A stretch of 38,806 bases of DNA from a virus (Duplodnaviria; Caudoviricetes), in IMG/VR virus record IMGVR_UViG_3300006120_000041, positions 1 to 38,806 of that record, one strand, 5' to 3'. The translations under genes were made by a program, and so were the position numbers. Under the pieces are notes generated by a model. The model saw nothing but the letters and a program-made list of their open reading frames with translations. It had not been told where the DNA came from and made no database searches. Numbering within the stretch: the stretch's first letter is position 1; each line of letters begins with the position of its first letter. Below, piece by piece: positions 26,867 through 35,124 of this stretch.

Positions 26867-27214
26867 ATGAGACCTATATGTCAAGCATGCAATCAGCGTG
26901 CCAGAGCTATTGCATATCACCGACCCAATGGGCAAATACAATATAGACGATTGTGTGAATATTGTATTAAAAGAAAACGAAAAATCCCTATACCAGTGGC
27001 AAGATGGAAATCCACCGGTTACAAGAAAAAATCCACATGTGATCAATGTGGATTCAGATCTAAATATTCAGCACAACTCTTAGTATATCATATAGACGGC
27101 AATTTGAACAACAACAGTTTACGTAATTTAAAAACTGTATGTTTAAATTGCACAGTAGAGATTACAAAGGCAGATTTGACTTGGCGCCCTGGAGATCTTG
27201 AACCAGATCGTTAA
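26867..27214 (+). CDS. HNH-family endonuclease with zinc-binding CxxC pairs
   Basis: CQAC, CEYC, CDQCG, YHIDGN..NN...NL.TVCLNC. Confidence 0.8.
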   Translation: MRPICQACNQRARAIAYHRPNGQIQYRRLCEYCIKRKRKIPIPVARWKSTGYKKKSTCDQCGFRSKYSAQLLVYHIDGNLNNNSLRNLKTVCLNCTVEITKADLTWRPGDLEPDR

Positions 27215-27827
27215 CTTGTAAAAATAAATGATCCATAGTAGAGTTATTGTCTATTACTGCATCAAATTTAGTTCCAACCCAGCTATATTCACTAGGATGC
27301 ACATGCAATTTTTCTAATAATCTGATTCCCAACGCCCATCTGTAATTGTTATGTGGGCCACAATTTACACTGACTGCTGCGTCATACCAATCAGGTTCAG
27401 ATCCACGAACAACACGTACAACAATACCTCCTGCGTCTTTGATTGATTTAATCTCGTTAGGAAAACGACAGTCACTGATGACTATGTCATCTTTAGAGTT
27501 GCGTAGTTTATTTTCTAATGCAGCAATCCAAATATCATTATGGAATGCTTTTCGACAAACTTCTGTACCCCAATGTTGCAATATCCATCTTGGAGTAAGT
27601 TCGGGTATTGCTAATCTTTCTGCCCACCACACATCTACCTGTTCTCTCCATTCGCGGCTTTGACGTGTTCTTCCTTCTAGCATTTCTCTATCCCAATTAA
27701 AAACTGCACTAATTGAATCTTTAAGGGAATTGGCAAAACTTTCTCGCCTAAACTGATGTATATTAACAAGGTAATCAGCAATAGTGTCTTTACCTGCACC
27801 TATAAATCCGCATATACCTATAATCAT
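27162..27827 (-). CDS. 1: Deoxynucleoside monophosphate kinase (T4 gp1-like)
   Basis: IIGICGFIGAGKDT Walker A, SFA..LK, TPR.ILQ.WGTE, VISDCRFPNE. Confidence 0.92.
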   Translation of the reverse strand: MIIGICGFIGAGKDTIADYLVNIHQFRRESFANSLKDSISAVFNWDREMLEGRTRQSREWREQVDVWWAERLAIPELTPRWILQHWGTEVCRKAFHNDIWIAALENKLRNSKDDIVISDCRFPNEIKSIKDAGGIVVRVVRGSEPDWYDAAVSVNCGPHNNYRWALGIRLLEKLHVHPSEYSWVGTKFDAVIDNNSTMDHLFLQVNDLVQDLQGAKSNLPL

Positions 27828-28780
27828 ATTTGCCTTTCTAAATTATGATATACATTTTTTTCTAAAATATCAGACCATTGAATTGTGTTGTCAGATAGTT
27901 CTAATATACCAGTGGATCTCAATGACATGTCATGTGTATATAGTAATTTACTAGCTATTACTACTTCCTTTGCAAATGTCATATTATATTTTGTTAACGA
28001 TATGTTTTTATTTGATACTATGCAATCAATGATAAAATCAAGATCGTTAAAGAATTCAATGTTGTTACGATACAACCATGTGTGATATATCATCAGCCAC
28101 TGATTCCATCTTGATTTATCAATTGATTTATTAATAAATTGAAAAATTTTCTGCATAATCTGTGGCAATTTAAAAAATGCATCTTGAAATTGCAATAATA
28201 ATCTATTTTTACTTGTGTATTTTTTTTCTGTTAATAACTGGCCTCTCAAACAATCAGGATAGTATAAACTTAAAATTTCACGTTTGTTCCAGACCTCAAT
28301 ATCATTCAGTTTTTTATTTGTTTTTTTTTCCAGTATGTTGGCAAATTCAACTTGTGTTTTTTTTATTTTTTCATACTGCAAACAAAAAATTAAATCAATA
28401 TCAGTTTCTGCAAAAACATAATCAATAAAATGAATATCAGAATAGTTGGCTACTATATCGTTGTGTACAGAACTGGTCTGATCAGCTGTCATTGAGTCTA
28501 CATAGTAAAATGTATACAACCTGTTAGAATTATTTTTTTTAAGTATTGAAATTACTTTGTCTAGAGATTTTCTACTAGGATGTGTTTTCTGATGTAGATG
28601 TGATGTATTGTGTTGCAAAGGGTCATGTACAATTGCCTGTACAGTTTGATTTATTACATGTTCACGTGCGTCAGAATCTAAATTGATTACCAAATTATTT
28701 GTATTTCCTGACAGGTAGTGTAAACTCCAATCCAAAAAAGTTCCACCGCATCCACCAGGACCAAGAATACCTAAAATCAT
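27824..28780 (-). CDS. Hypothetical AT-rich accessory protein (P-loop or sulfotransferase-like N-terminus)
   Basis: GPGGCGGTFLDWSL.YLSG, H...KTHP; both ends overlap neighbours. Confidence 0.6.
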   Translation of the reverse strand: MILGILGPGGCGGTFLDWSLHYLSGNTNNLVINLDSDAREHVINQTVQAIVHDPLQHNTSHLHQKTHPSRKSLDKVISILKKNNSNRLYTFYYVDSMTADQTSSVHNDIVANYSDIHFIDYVFAETDIDLIFCLQYEKIKKTQVEFANILEKKTNKKLNDIEVWNKREILSLYYPDCLRGQLLTEKKYTSKNRLLLQFQDAFFKLPQIMQKIFQFINKSIDKSRWNQWLMIYHTWLYRNNIEFFNDLDFIIDCIVSNKNISLTKYNMTFAKEVVIASKLLYTHDMSLRSTGILELSDNTIQWSDILEKNVYHNLERQI

Positions 28781-29304
28781 TAAATCAGTTCCTTGACTTT
28801 TAAATGTCTGAGTGTTTCTTGCAGAAGATTAATTTGTCTACGACAATCTTCAAGTGCATGATGACTAGTAGGAGGCTTTGGTAGGCCTGGCCACAATGCA
28901 AACACAGTGCGACTGTCGCGAACCGCATAAAACTGCCAAGGTATAGGCTTGTTATAACTTTTGTAGGCATGTTCCAATATGTTCATATCATAAGTTGGGC
29001 CTTGTGCCCATATTCTTTTGCTTTTCCATATTAGTTTACCCAGTTCATCCAAAGCTTGATCCAATGGAATACGATTATGCTCGTTAAATGCTTCGTTTCT
29101 GGCCGCATCTGGTTGAGTTGCCCACCAGTCAATCGTGCCTTGTTGAATACTACGAGTTTCTTGGCTTTCTAAAGTTACACGAGCATAATATTTTTGCTCG
29201 TAATAGCCTGTGCCCAAAGGATCAAAACTTTGAGCTGCTATAGTAAGAATAGTAGTGTCAGGACCAGTTCCTAGACCCTCAATATCAATCATTAAATCTG
29301 CCAT
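28780..29304 (-). CDS. DEDDh 3'-5' exonuclease (Rv2179c/DexA-like)
   Basis: LMIDIEGLG, T..WW..Q, IWAQG..YD..IL, RDSRT, HHALEDC..Q; start moved to MADLMID. Confidence 0.85.
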   Translation of the reverse strand: MADLMIDIEGLGTGPDTTILTIAAQSFDPLGTGYYEQKYYARVTLESQETRSIQQGTIDWWATQPDAARNEAFNEHNRIPLDQALDELGKLIWKSKRIWAQGPTYDMNILEHAYKSYNKPIPWQFYAVRDSRTVFALWPGLPKPPTSHHALEDCRRQINLLQETLRHLKVKELI

Positions 29305-29310
29305 ATATGT

Positions 29311-29339
29311 ATTGTAACACAGCAGCAATTAATAGTCTA
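29311..29339 (-). promoter_or_regulatory. sigma70-type promoter TAGACT-17-TACAAT, ATG 6 nt downstream
   Basis: TAGACT attaattgctgctgtgt TACAAT acatat ATG. Confidence 0.6.
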
Positions 29340-29346
29340 GATATTT

Positions 29347-30117
29347 TTAGCCAATAACCCAGGTCAGTGGTTGCGATCCATCTGCATAATTCTTGAGATC
29401 ATTGATACAAAATTCCATTATGGCTTTGCCTTCTGCTTTCATTGCAGTTCCGTTTAAGGTACTGCCTCCTTGAGGGCCAGCAATTGTTCCAAATTTTTCA
29501 CGTGCTTCACCAATAATCATTTTACAATTGCCAACCATAAAATCACGAATCCATTGTGATATTTGTGGGTCAGTTAATAAATTAAATTCTGGTTTATAGT
29601 TATAAGTCCAAAGTAACACACTTTCGCCAGTTCCTTTAGGATCACGGATCAATTGTAATTTTTTAGTCACAGTATTAAATGTGTAATTCATGTATGCACC
29701 AAACATGCGTCCTGCCAATTCCACGTACTGACTGTAAAAATCATACGTGGCAAGACCGCCGGCTACATTAAAATTCATTAAGTATACATTCATACTGGCC
29801 TGACTAAATGGATCAAAATTTGATGCAAAGGGGCCAGTTGAATCGCCAAAAGTTCTGCGGAAAATTTGCCTCACAGTTTGAACTTCTTGGGGCAATGTGT
29901 AAATGTTTACATTTGTTACCAGCTCCATAAACGTATAGCTTTCTTCATAGGCATTTTCTGCTCGTTGCCGATAATTGCCTATTGTAGAACGATACGCAGT
30001 TTCATAATGTTCAGCATCTAGTTCAAGGTCAATTATGCCGTCACCTAATTGGTGACGTACATAGGTAAAAAGATCTTGTTTAAGTGTTTCTAGCGATGAT
30101 TCAGATTGAATGCCCAT
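29347..30117 (-). CDS. 13: Neck protein (T4 gp13-like)
   Basis: Y....LG...ID.EL...HY, W..D......K...GEAR.KF..I.GP.GG.TLNG..MK.E. Confidence 0.8.
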   Translation of the reverse strand: MGIQSESSLETLKQDLFTYVRHQLGDGIIDLELDAEHYETAYRSTIGNYRQRAENAYEESYTFMELVTNVNIYTLPQEVQTVRQIFRRTFGDSTGPFASNFDPFSQASMNVYLMNFNVAGGLATYDFYSQYVELAGRMFGAYMNYTFNTVTKKLQLIRDPKGTGESVLLWTYNYKPEFNLLTDPQISQWIRDFMVGNCKMIIGEAREKFGTIAGPQGGSTLNGTAMKAEGKAIMEFCINDLKNYADGSQPLTWVIG

Positions 30118-30134
30118 TGGAACTCCAGTTCCAT

Positions 30135-31085
30135 TTATTTATGGGTAATTTTAAAAGAATTAGTAGAATTTTTATTTTTGTTTAAGGCAAAAATTTTTTT
30201 GTTTTCAAAAGAGCTAGGACAAAACTTGCATTGCGGAATTACAGTGTCAATATTTTTTATAAAATTTTCACCTTGTTGATCAAAATTGTCAATAGATAAT
30301 GGAGTATAAGAATTTAGTAGTACTCTATCTTGGTCAGATATAGCTAAAGTGTGTTGCTGATCAAATTCTGGCATAAGTGCCACTGGCCCACATTTATATA
30401 ATTTTCCACGTACAAAATGATAGTTTTTATACTTGACCATGCCACATTCTGCATGTGCTAGGTCAGGATCACTGTCATGTAGTACAAATCTGTCAAATTT
30501 TTGTTGGATAGATGCGTTATAAAAACTATCTTGAATCCAGGCATGTATATGTAGGCCATTGCGATCTTTAAATGCGTAATCAGCACCCATTTTATCATTG
30601 CCAACAAGCTCAATTATTGGAGATTTCAAAAATTTTTGTATTTCATCCAAATAACGTTCGGTATCATTGGCATTGTGTATGCTTACCGCTATCCAATTGC
30701 CGCCATCGCGTCCATCTTGAACCAATGCATCATATAGCCCTGGCACTTGATTAAGTCGTGTACCATTCGTTACTATTTGTACTCCTCTATGCCATACACG
30801 ATTAAGGCCACGAATCCAGTCACATATACTCGGGTTGATCAATGGTTCGCCGCCTAAAATTACCAACTGATCAATTTTAATTTTTTCTGCCCATCTAACA
30901 TATATATCTTGATAATCTTGCCAATTTTGCCATCCTGTAAAATTATGGTTATTAAATCTGTTGCAGTTGTCACAGGAAAGATTACATACATTTGTTATAT
31001 AAAATTCAGCTTTTGGTAGATATATTCTAGGATCGTCATCAAAAGGTATAAAAGACAGTCGGCGAGGTCCGTATAAATCTATCAC
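30135..31085 (-). CDS. Radical SAM protein (paralog B)
   Basis: CNLSCDNC, LGGEP, VTNG, C-terminal C...GKLYKC...CKFC. Confidence 0.88.
   Translation of the reverse strand: MIDLYGPRRLSFIPFDDDPRIYLPKAEFYITNVCNLSCDNCNRFNNHNFTGWQNWQDYQDIYVRWAEKIKIDQLVILGGEPLINPSICDWIRGLNRVWHRGVQIVTNGTRLNQVPGLYDALVQDGRDGGNWIAVSIHNANDTERYLDEIQKFLKSPIIELVGNDKMGADYAFKDRNGLHIHAWIQDSFYNASIQQKFDRFVLHDSDPDLAHAECGMVKYKNYHFVRGKLYKCGPVALMPEFDQQHTLAISDQDRVLLNSYTPLSIDNFDQQGENFIKNIDTVIPQCKFCPSSFENKKIFALNKNKNSTNSFKITHK
30136..30141 (-). promoter_or_regulatory. T4-late-like box for gp13
   Basis: caTAAATA aatggaactGGAGttcca ATG. Confidence 0.6.
30337..30446. repeat. 110-bp perfect direct repeat, copy 1
   Basis: Identical to 31275-31384 on base-by-base reading. 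Confidence 0.9.
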
Positions 31086-32044
31086 GACGAAAAGACTCCG
31101 GTAGCATTTTGTTTTTTACTTGTTGCAATCAATTTATGATTTACAAATTTTGTAGGACAAAACTTACATTGCGGAATTACATTGTCTATATTATGTAAAA
31201 ATTCAGTGCCTCTTTGATCAAACTCAGTGATAGTGAGAGGTTTATAACTGTTTAATAACAATCTGTCTTCGTCGGATATAGCTAAAGTGTGTTGCTGATC
31301 AAATTCTGGCATAAGTGCCACTGGCCCACATTTATATAATTTTCCACGTACAAAATGATAGTTTTTATACTTGACCATGCCACAAACATCATGAGCTTCT
31401 TTGGGCACATTGTTATGTAGTGTTAGTTGTCCTTGAAAGTTTGTATGTATGTTTGCGTTATAAAAACTGTCGTATACCCAAACATGAACATGTATTCCGT
31501 TACGATCTTCAAATGCGTAATCGGCACCCCAAGTGGCGGACCCGCCACTATCGTTTACTGCATCTTTGCCAACCCAGGTCCTAATAGGTCCTTGTAAAAA
31601 TTTGTGTATTTCTTCAAAATATCTATCTAATTCGTCGGTGTTGTGAATACTGACTCCTATCCAATTTCCGCCACTGGCTCTGTACTCTGCAACAGCATCA
31701 TAAAGTCCAGTGACTTGATTAAGTCGTGTACCATTGGTTAATATTTGAACTCGTTTTTTCCATATACGATTTAGTCCACGAATCCAGTCGCACACACTAG
31801 GATTCATCAATGGTTCTCCGCCTAGTATAGTTATTTTTTGTAAACGAATTTTTTCAGACCATGCTTGATAAACAAATTCATAGTCTTTCCAAAGTTGATG
31901 ACCTTTGAAATTGTAGTTGTTATATCTATTACAATTGGTGCAGGCAATATTACATACGTTGGTTATGTAAACTTCAACGTTGGGCACATAGAGTCTAGGA
32001 TCGTTGGGAGTATCGTCTGGCCATTGGATTTTTGGATCAATCAT
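31082..32044 (-). CDS. Radical SAM protein (paralog A)
   Basis: CNIACTNC, LGGEP, LTNG, C...GKLYKC...CKFC. Confidence 0.88.
   Translation of the reverse strand: MIDPKIQWPDDTPNDPRLYVPNVEVYITNVCNIACTNCNRYNNYNFKGHQLWKDYEFVYQAWSEKIRLQKITILGGEPLMNPSVCDWIRGLNRIWKKRVQILTNGTRLNQVTGLYDAVAEYRASGGNWIGVSIHNTDELDRYFEEIHKFLQGPIRTWVGKDAVNDSGGSATWGADYAFEDRNGIHVHVWVYDSFYNANIHTNFQGQLTLHNNVPKEAHDVCGMVKYKNYHFVRGKLYKCGPVALMPEFDQQHTLAISDEDRLLLNSYKPLTITEFDQRGTEFLHNIDNVIPQCKFCPTKFVNHKLIATSKKQNATGVFSS
31275..31384. repeat. 110-bp perfect direct repeat, copy 2
   Basis: Identical to 30337-30446. Confidence 0.9.
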
Positions 32045-32048
32045 TGCC

Positions 32049-32054
32049 TATTTA
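32049..32054 (-). promoter_or_regulatory. T4-late-like box overlapping the upstream stop, 4 nt before ATG
   Basis: ggTAAATA ggca ATG. Confidence 0.45.
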
Positions 32055-33188
32055 CCACACTCGAAGTATGATCAAATTCTCAGTGCCACGACCATTGAAT
32101 GCCACTTCTGTAGCTTTGATATCTTTGTAGAATTTACGAGCCGCAGGCTTGCCCACTGCTCCTATTCCTTTGAGTTGTTCTGCAGGTTTGCGCAGAGTTT
32201 TTTGTTGAGTTTCCACAGTACTGAATCCAATGATACTGTTGTTTTTAATAGTAAATGTCTTACTGTAATCGTCGGCCACAACATGAATCAACTTGCGTTT
32301 TTTAGTGTCGTACAACCATGCTTCAGACTTTTCAATCAACTGACTGGGTTGCAAACTTTTGAGTTTGAGTTCAGCAAACTCGGCCAGGAACTTGAATTTG
32401 CTGGCTTGTTTTTCTGGACTGACTGCTTTTTTCTTGCGTGGTTTACGTTCAACTTTTTTAATTTGAATGTAAGCACCGCAGTCATTGATCACGGTCTCGC
32501 AAAACTTCAACACATTACGCAATTGAATTTTAGAGAGATGTCGATAGCCTTCTGTCAACTGTGAATCTTTTCCCTTAGCCACTTCTTCAAATTCTGCTTG
32601 GCGAGCTTTCCAAATTTCACTCAGAGTACTGATCATTTGTGGTGCTATGTTTAGTCCACGCATCAACACAATTGGTTTGAAGTCTGCTGACATCTTGGCA
32701 CCAGATGCAACGAACTCGTCAAACATTCCGTCAAGTTCGCCGGCACACTCACTGACTTTTTCACGCAACCGGTCTTGGATAGTCATACGCGGAGTGTCGT
32801 CTACTATCACTTCTGTAATTTCTTGCTGTTTGCTTTGTAAGCATTCTTTCAACATATTATCAAGTTTGACTTGTTCATGCTCGTTGAGTTCTAAACCTAC
32901 CATGCTCATACGGCACAACCACCCGGTGGTCAGTCTGATATTTGCATCACTCACACCACGGAGTAGTCGTACATCTGCTTTGCGTCCATGCAATTCCAAA
33001 TAGTTCACAATCATTTCTCTAGCATCTTTTTTGCCGTAGAAATAATTGTACCAAGAAAATGCTTTACTAAGCGCACTTACACGTTCTTTAATAGGTTGAA
33101 TTTTCCAAGTGGGTTCTGTACCCATGACATTGGTATCAGAGCTTTTGGGGTTTAGCAGTCGAATTGTAGGTTGTTTTACAGCATTCAT
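32052..33188 (-). CDS. Basic hypothetical protein of a type common in T4-like phages
   Basis: 378 aa, AAGGAG RBS; WYNYFY, W.YDTK.RKL, IIGF...QKTLRKP..QL, NGR..EN.IIL. Confidence 0.75.
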   Translation of the reverse strand: MNAVKQPTIRLLNPKSSDTNVMGTEPTWKIQPIKERVSALSKAFSWYNYFYGKKDAREMIVNYLELHGRKADVRLLRGVSDANIRLTTGWLCRMSMVGLELNEHEQVKLDNMLKECLQSKQQEITEVIVDDTPRMTIQDRLREKVSECAGELDGMFDEFVASGAKMSADFKPIVLMRGLNIAPQMISTLSEIWKARQAEFEEVAKGKDSQLTEGYRHLSKIQLRNVLKFCETVINDCGAYIQIKKVERKPRKKKAVSPEKQASKFKFLAEFAELKLKSLQPSQLIEKSEAWLYDTKKRKLIHVVADDYSKTFTIKNNSIIGFSTVETQQKTLRKPAEQLKGIGAVGKPAARKFYKDIKATEVAFNGRGTENLIILRVW

Positions 33189-33391
33189 GTTGGCTCCTTG
33201 AAATCAAAAGTTCTGACCCATTCAAAACGAGTGCTGGCAGGCACCCACTTAAAGTCGTGTTTGGCGCGATCTGCTTTGTCCACATCCGGAGTAACGCAGA
33301 CCCATCCGCGGACTGGAGAAAAAGCCACACGATCGCGAACGCTGACAACTTGAACAATTTTACCGTTTATTTTAGCAACAGTCACAGTCAT
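33185..33391 (-). CDS. Small hypothetical (early) protein
   Basis: AAGGAG RBS and consensus promoter upstream; start moved to MTVTVAK. Confidence 0.7.
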   Translation of the reverse strand: MTVTVAKINGKIVQVVSVRDRVAFSPVRGWVCVTPDVDKADRAKHDFKWVPASTRFEWVRTFDFKEPT

Positions 33392-33416
33392 AGCATCTCC
33401 TTTCCAATAAGTGTAT

Positions 33417-33445
33417 ATTATAGCAAATTGAGTATTTGGAGTCAA
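33417..33445 (-). promoter_or_regulatory. sigma70-type promoter TTGACT-17-TATAAT
   Basis: TTGACT ccaaatactcaatttgc TATAAT. Confidence 0.85.
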
Positions 33446-33696
33446 CCAGACATTAAACATGCAAACACAAGGTACTTTTCCAGGTGCTCAATTTGATCTG
33501 TAGCATTTAGTATTAGTTTTTCGTATCGTGCTGTTGTTTTATGCATACGGCGACATTCAACACTTTCACGACTAATTTCTTCAAAAATTGCCAACACTGT
33601 ATTGTGCATTTTTACTAGGTCTCGTCGAGCCGTTTTATTTTTAAGATTGCTAATACGAATTTTGACATCATTAAGACGTTGTTCTAAATGCTCCAT
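33442..33696 (-). CDS. Small helical hypothetical protein (leaderless)
   Basis: Start moved to MEHLEQRL, 6 nt after a perfect -10. Confidence 0.7.
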   Translation of the reverse strand: MEHLEQRLNDVKIRISNLKNKTARRDLVKMHNTVLAIFEEISRESVECRRMHKTTARYEKLILNATDQIEHLEKYLVFACLMSG

Positions 33697-33702
33697 ACAG
33701 TA

Positions 33703-33731
33703 ATTATACTCAAAGTTGAGTTTGTTGTCAA
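33703..33731 (-). promoter_or_regulatory. sigma70-type promoter TTGACA-17-TATAAT
   Basis: TTGACA acaaactcaactttgag TATAAT tactgt ATG. Confidence 0.88.
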
Positions 33732-33740
33732 TCTGGTCCA

Positions 33741-33746
33741 TAAATA
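33741..33746 (+). promoter_or_regulatory. T4-late-like box 7 nt before the gp14 ATG
   Basis: caTAAATA caacact ATG. Confidence 0.7.
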
Positions 33747-33753
33747 CAACACT

Positions 33754-35121
33754 ATGCCACGCCTAAGTCTATACCGTCCCAATCGAACCAACGATTACCA
33801 ATTTTTTGATAAAATCATCAAAGAAATGTTCACTGTGGGTGGACTTGACATTTATATTCACAAATATTTAGGTCCTATATTGGATCAAAGTGAAAATCCT
33901 GGTAACAACGATGCTACCTTACCAGTTTATACCAGCACCAGTCCATTGTTCATTGAAGACTTGTTGTTGTTAGAAAACAGAGATCGTGCCTACGACAATG
34001 ATGTGTATGTGATGCGTGGAGTTTATCGTACACAAGATATTGATTTTGATTTGACGCAATTTGGTTTGTTTTTAAACAATGACACACTGTTTATAACATT
34101 TCACTACAATTATATGATTGATTCATTTGGGCGTAAACTCATGAGTGGCGATGTAATTGAAGTGCCTAACTTGATTGATTACTATCCACTTAATCCAGCT
34201 ATACCAAAAGCATTGCCTAAGTATTATGTCATACAAGATGCTTCATATGCATCTGAAGGCTTTAGTCAAACTTGGTTGCCACATCTTTGGCGTGTGAAAG
34301 CCACACCCATGGTCAATGCACAAGAATTTCAACAGATTGTTAATCAACCGTTTATGCCTGAAAACATCTGGGACGATGGCAATTTTTATCCTGCCAACAG
34401 TGTGGTTAATTCTGGCGATAACTACTTCATGGCCAAACAAAACGTGCCCCCAGGTACTGATATATCCAACACTGACTACTGGACACCTATTCCTAATCCT
34501 ACCACAGTGGGAGACCAAATGAGCACTCGCCCCAAAGATCTTGAACTCAACGATGCACTGTTGACCCAGGCTGAATCAGATGTGCCACTCAGCGGATACG
34601 ATACCACATTGTTTTATGTGTTGCCAACTTATCCAGATGGGCAACCAGCCAGCACTGGTCTCAGCACTGATAATGCTGGATCACTGATTGGCAATCAACC
34701 TGGCGAGGGTGTAACACCCACAGGATTTGGCTATACCAATGGATATTTAACAGGTGATGATACAACACCAAACGGGTTGCCCGTAACCACAGGTGTTAGT
34801 TTTCCTCCGCATCCTGCCACAGGTGCTTATGTACTACGGTTGGATTACTATCCAAATCGGTTGTTTAGGTACAACGGCAAGGCCTGGATTGCTATACAAG
34901 ACGGTGTGAGAACCAATCTCACACTTGGTCCCAATGACCCATTGGCACCTATTGATGGAAGTCAACGAGCCAGTTTTATAAACAATACATACACTGTGAA
35001 TACTGCAGATTTAGGCAATATCCCAAGTCGCCAGAGTCTCAGCGAAGCACTCAGACCATTGGCCGACAATGGCGATCAGGGTGGCAATTTGCCACCCAAT
35101 CCAAGACCACCCGGAAGGTAA
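33754..35121 (+). CDS. 14: Neck protein (T4 gp14-like) with C-terminal extension
   Basis: Start MPRLSLYRP; I.E....GG.D.Y, LTQFGLF, GDVIE.P, Y.I......EGF; upstream of gp15. Confidence 0.65.
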   Translation: MPRLSLYRPNRTNDYQFFDKIIKEMFTVGGLDIYIHKYLGPILDQSENPGNNDATLPVYTSTSPLFIEDLLLLENRDRAYDNDVYVMRGVYRTQDIDFDLTQFGLFLNNDTLFITFHYNYMIDSFGRKLMSGDVIEVPNLIDYYPLNPAIPKALPKYYVIQDASYASEGFSQTWLPHLWRVKATPMVNAQEFQQIVNQPFMPENIWDDGNFYPANSVVNSGDNYFMAKQNVPPGTDISNTDYWTPIPNPTTVGDQMSTRPKDLELNDALLTQAESDVPLSGYDTTLFYVLPTYPDGQPASTGLSTDNAGSLIGNQPGEGVTPTGFGYTNGYLTGDDTTPNGLPVTTGVSFPPHPATGAYVLRLDYYPNRLFRYNGKAWIAIQDGVRTNLTLGPNDPLAPIDGSQRASFINNTYTVNTADLGNIPSRQSLSEALRPLADNGDQGGNLPPNPRPPGR

Positions 35122-35124
35122 TAA

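Noticed and set aside
30337-31384. Diversity-generating retroelement template/variable repeat pair
   Set aside because: The copies are identical with no adenine-specific mismatches, both lie in-frame in paralogs, and no reverse transcriptase is in the window.
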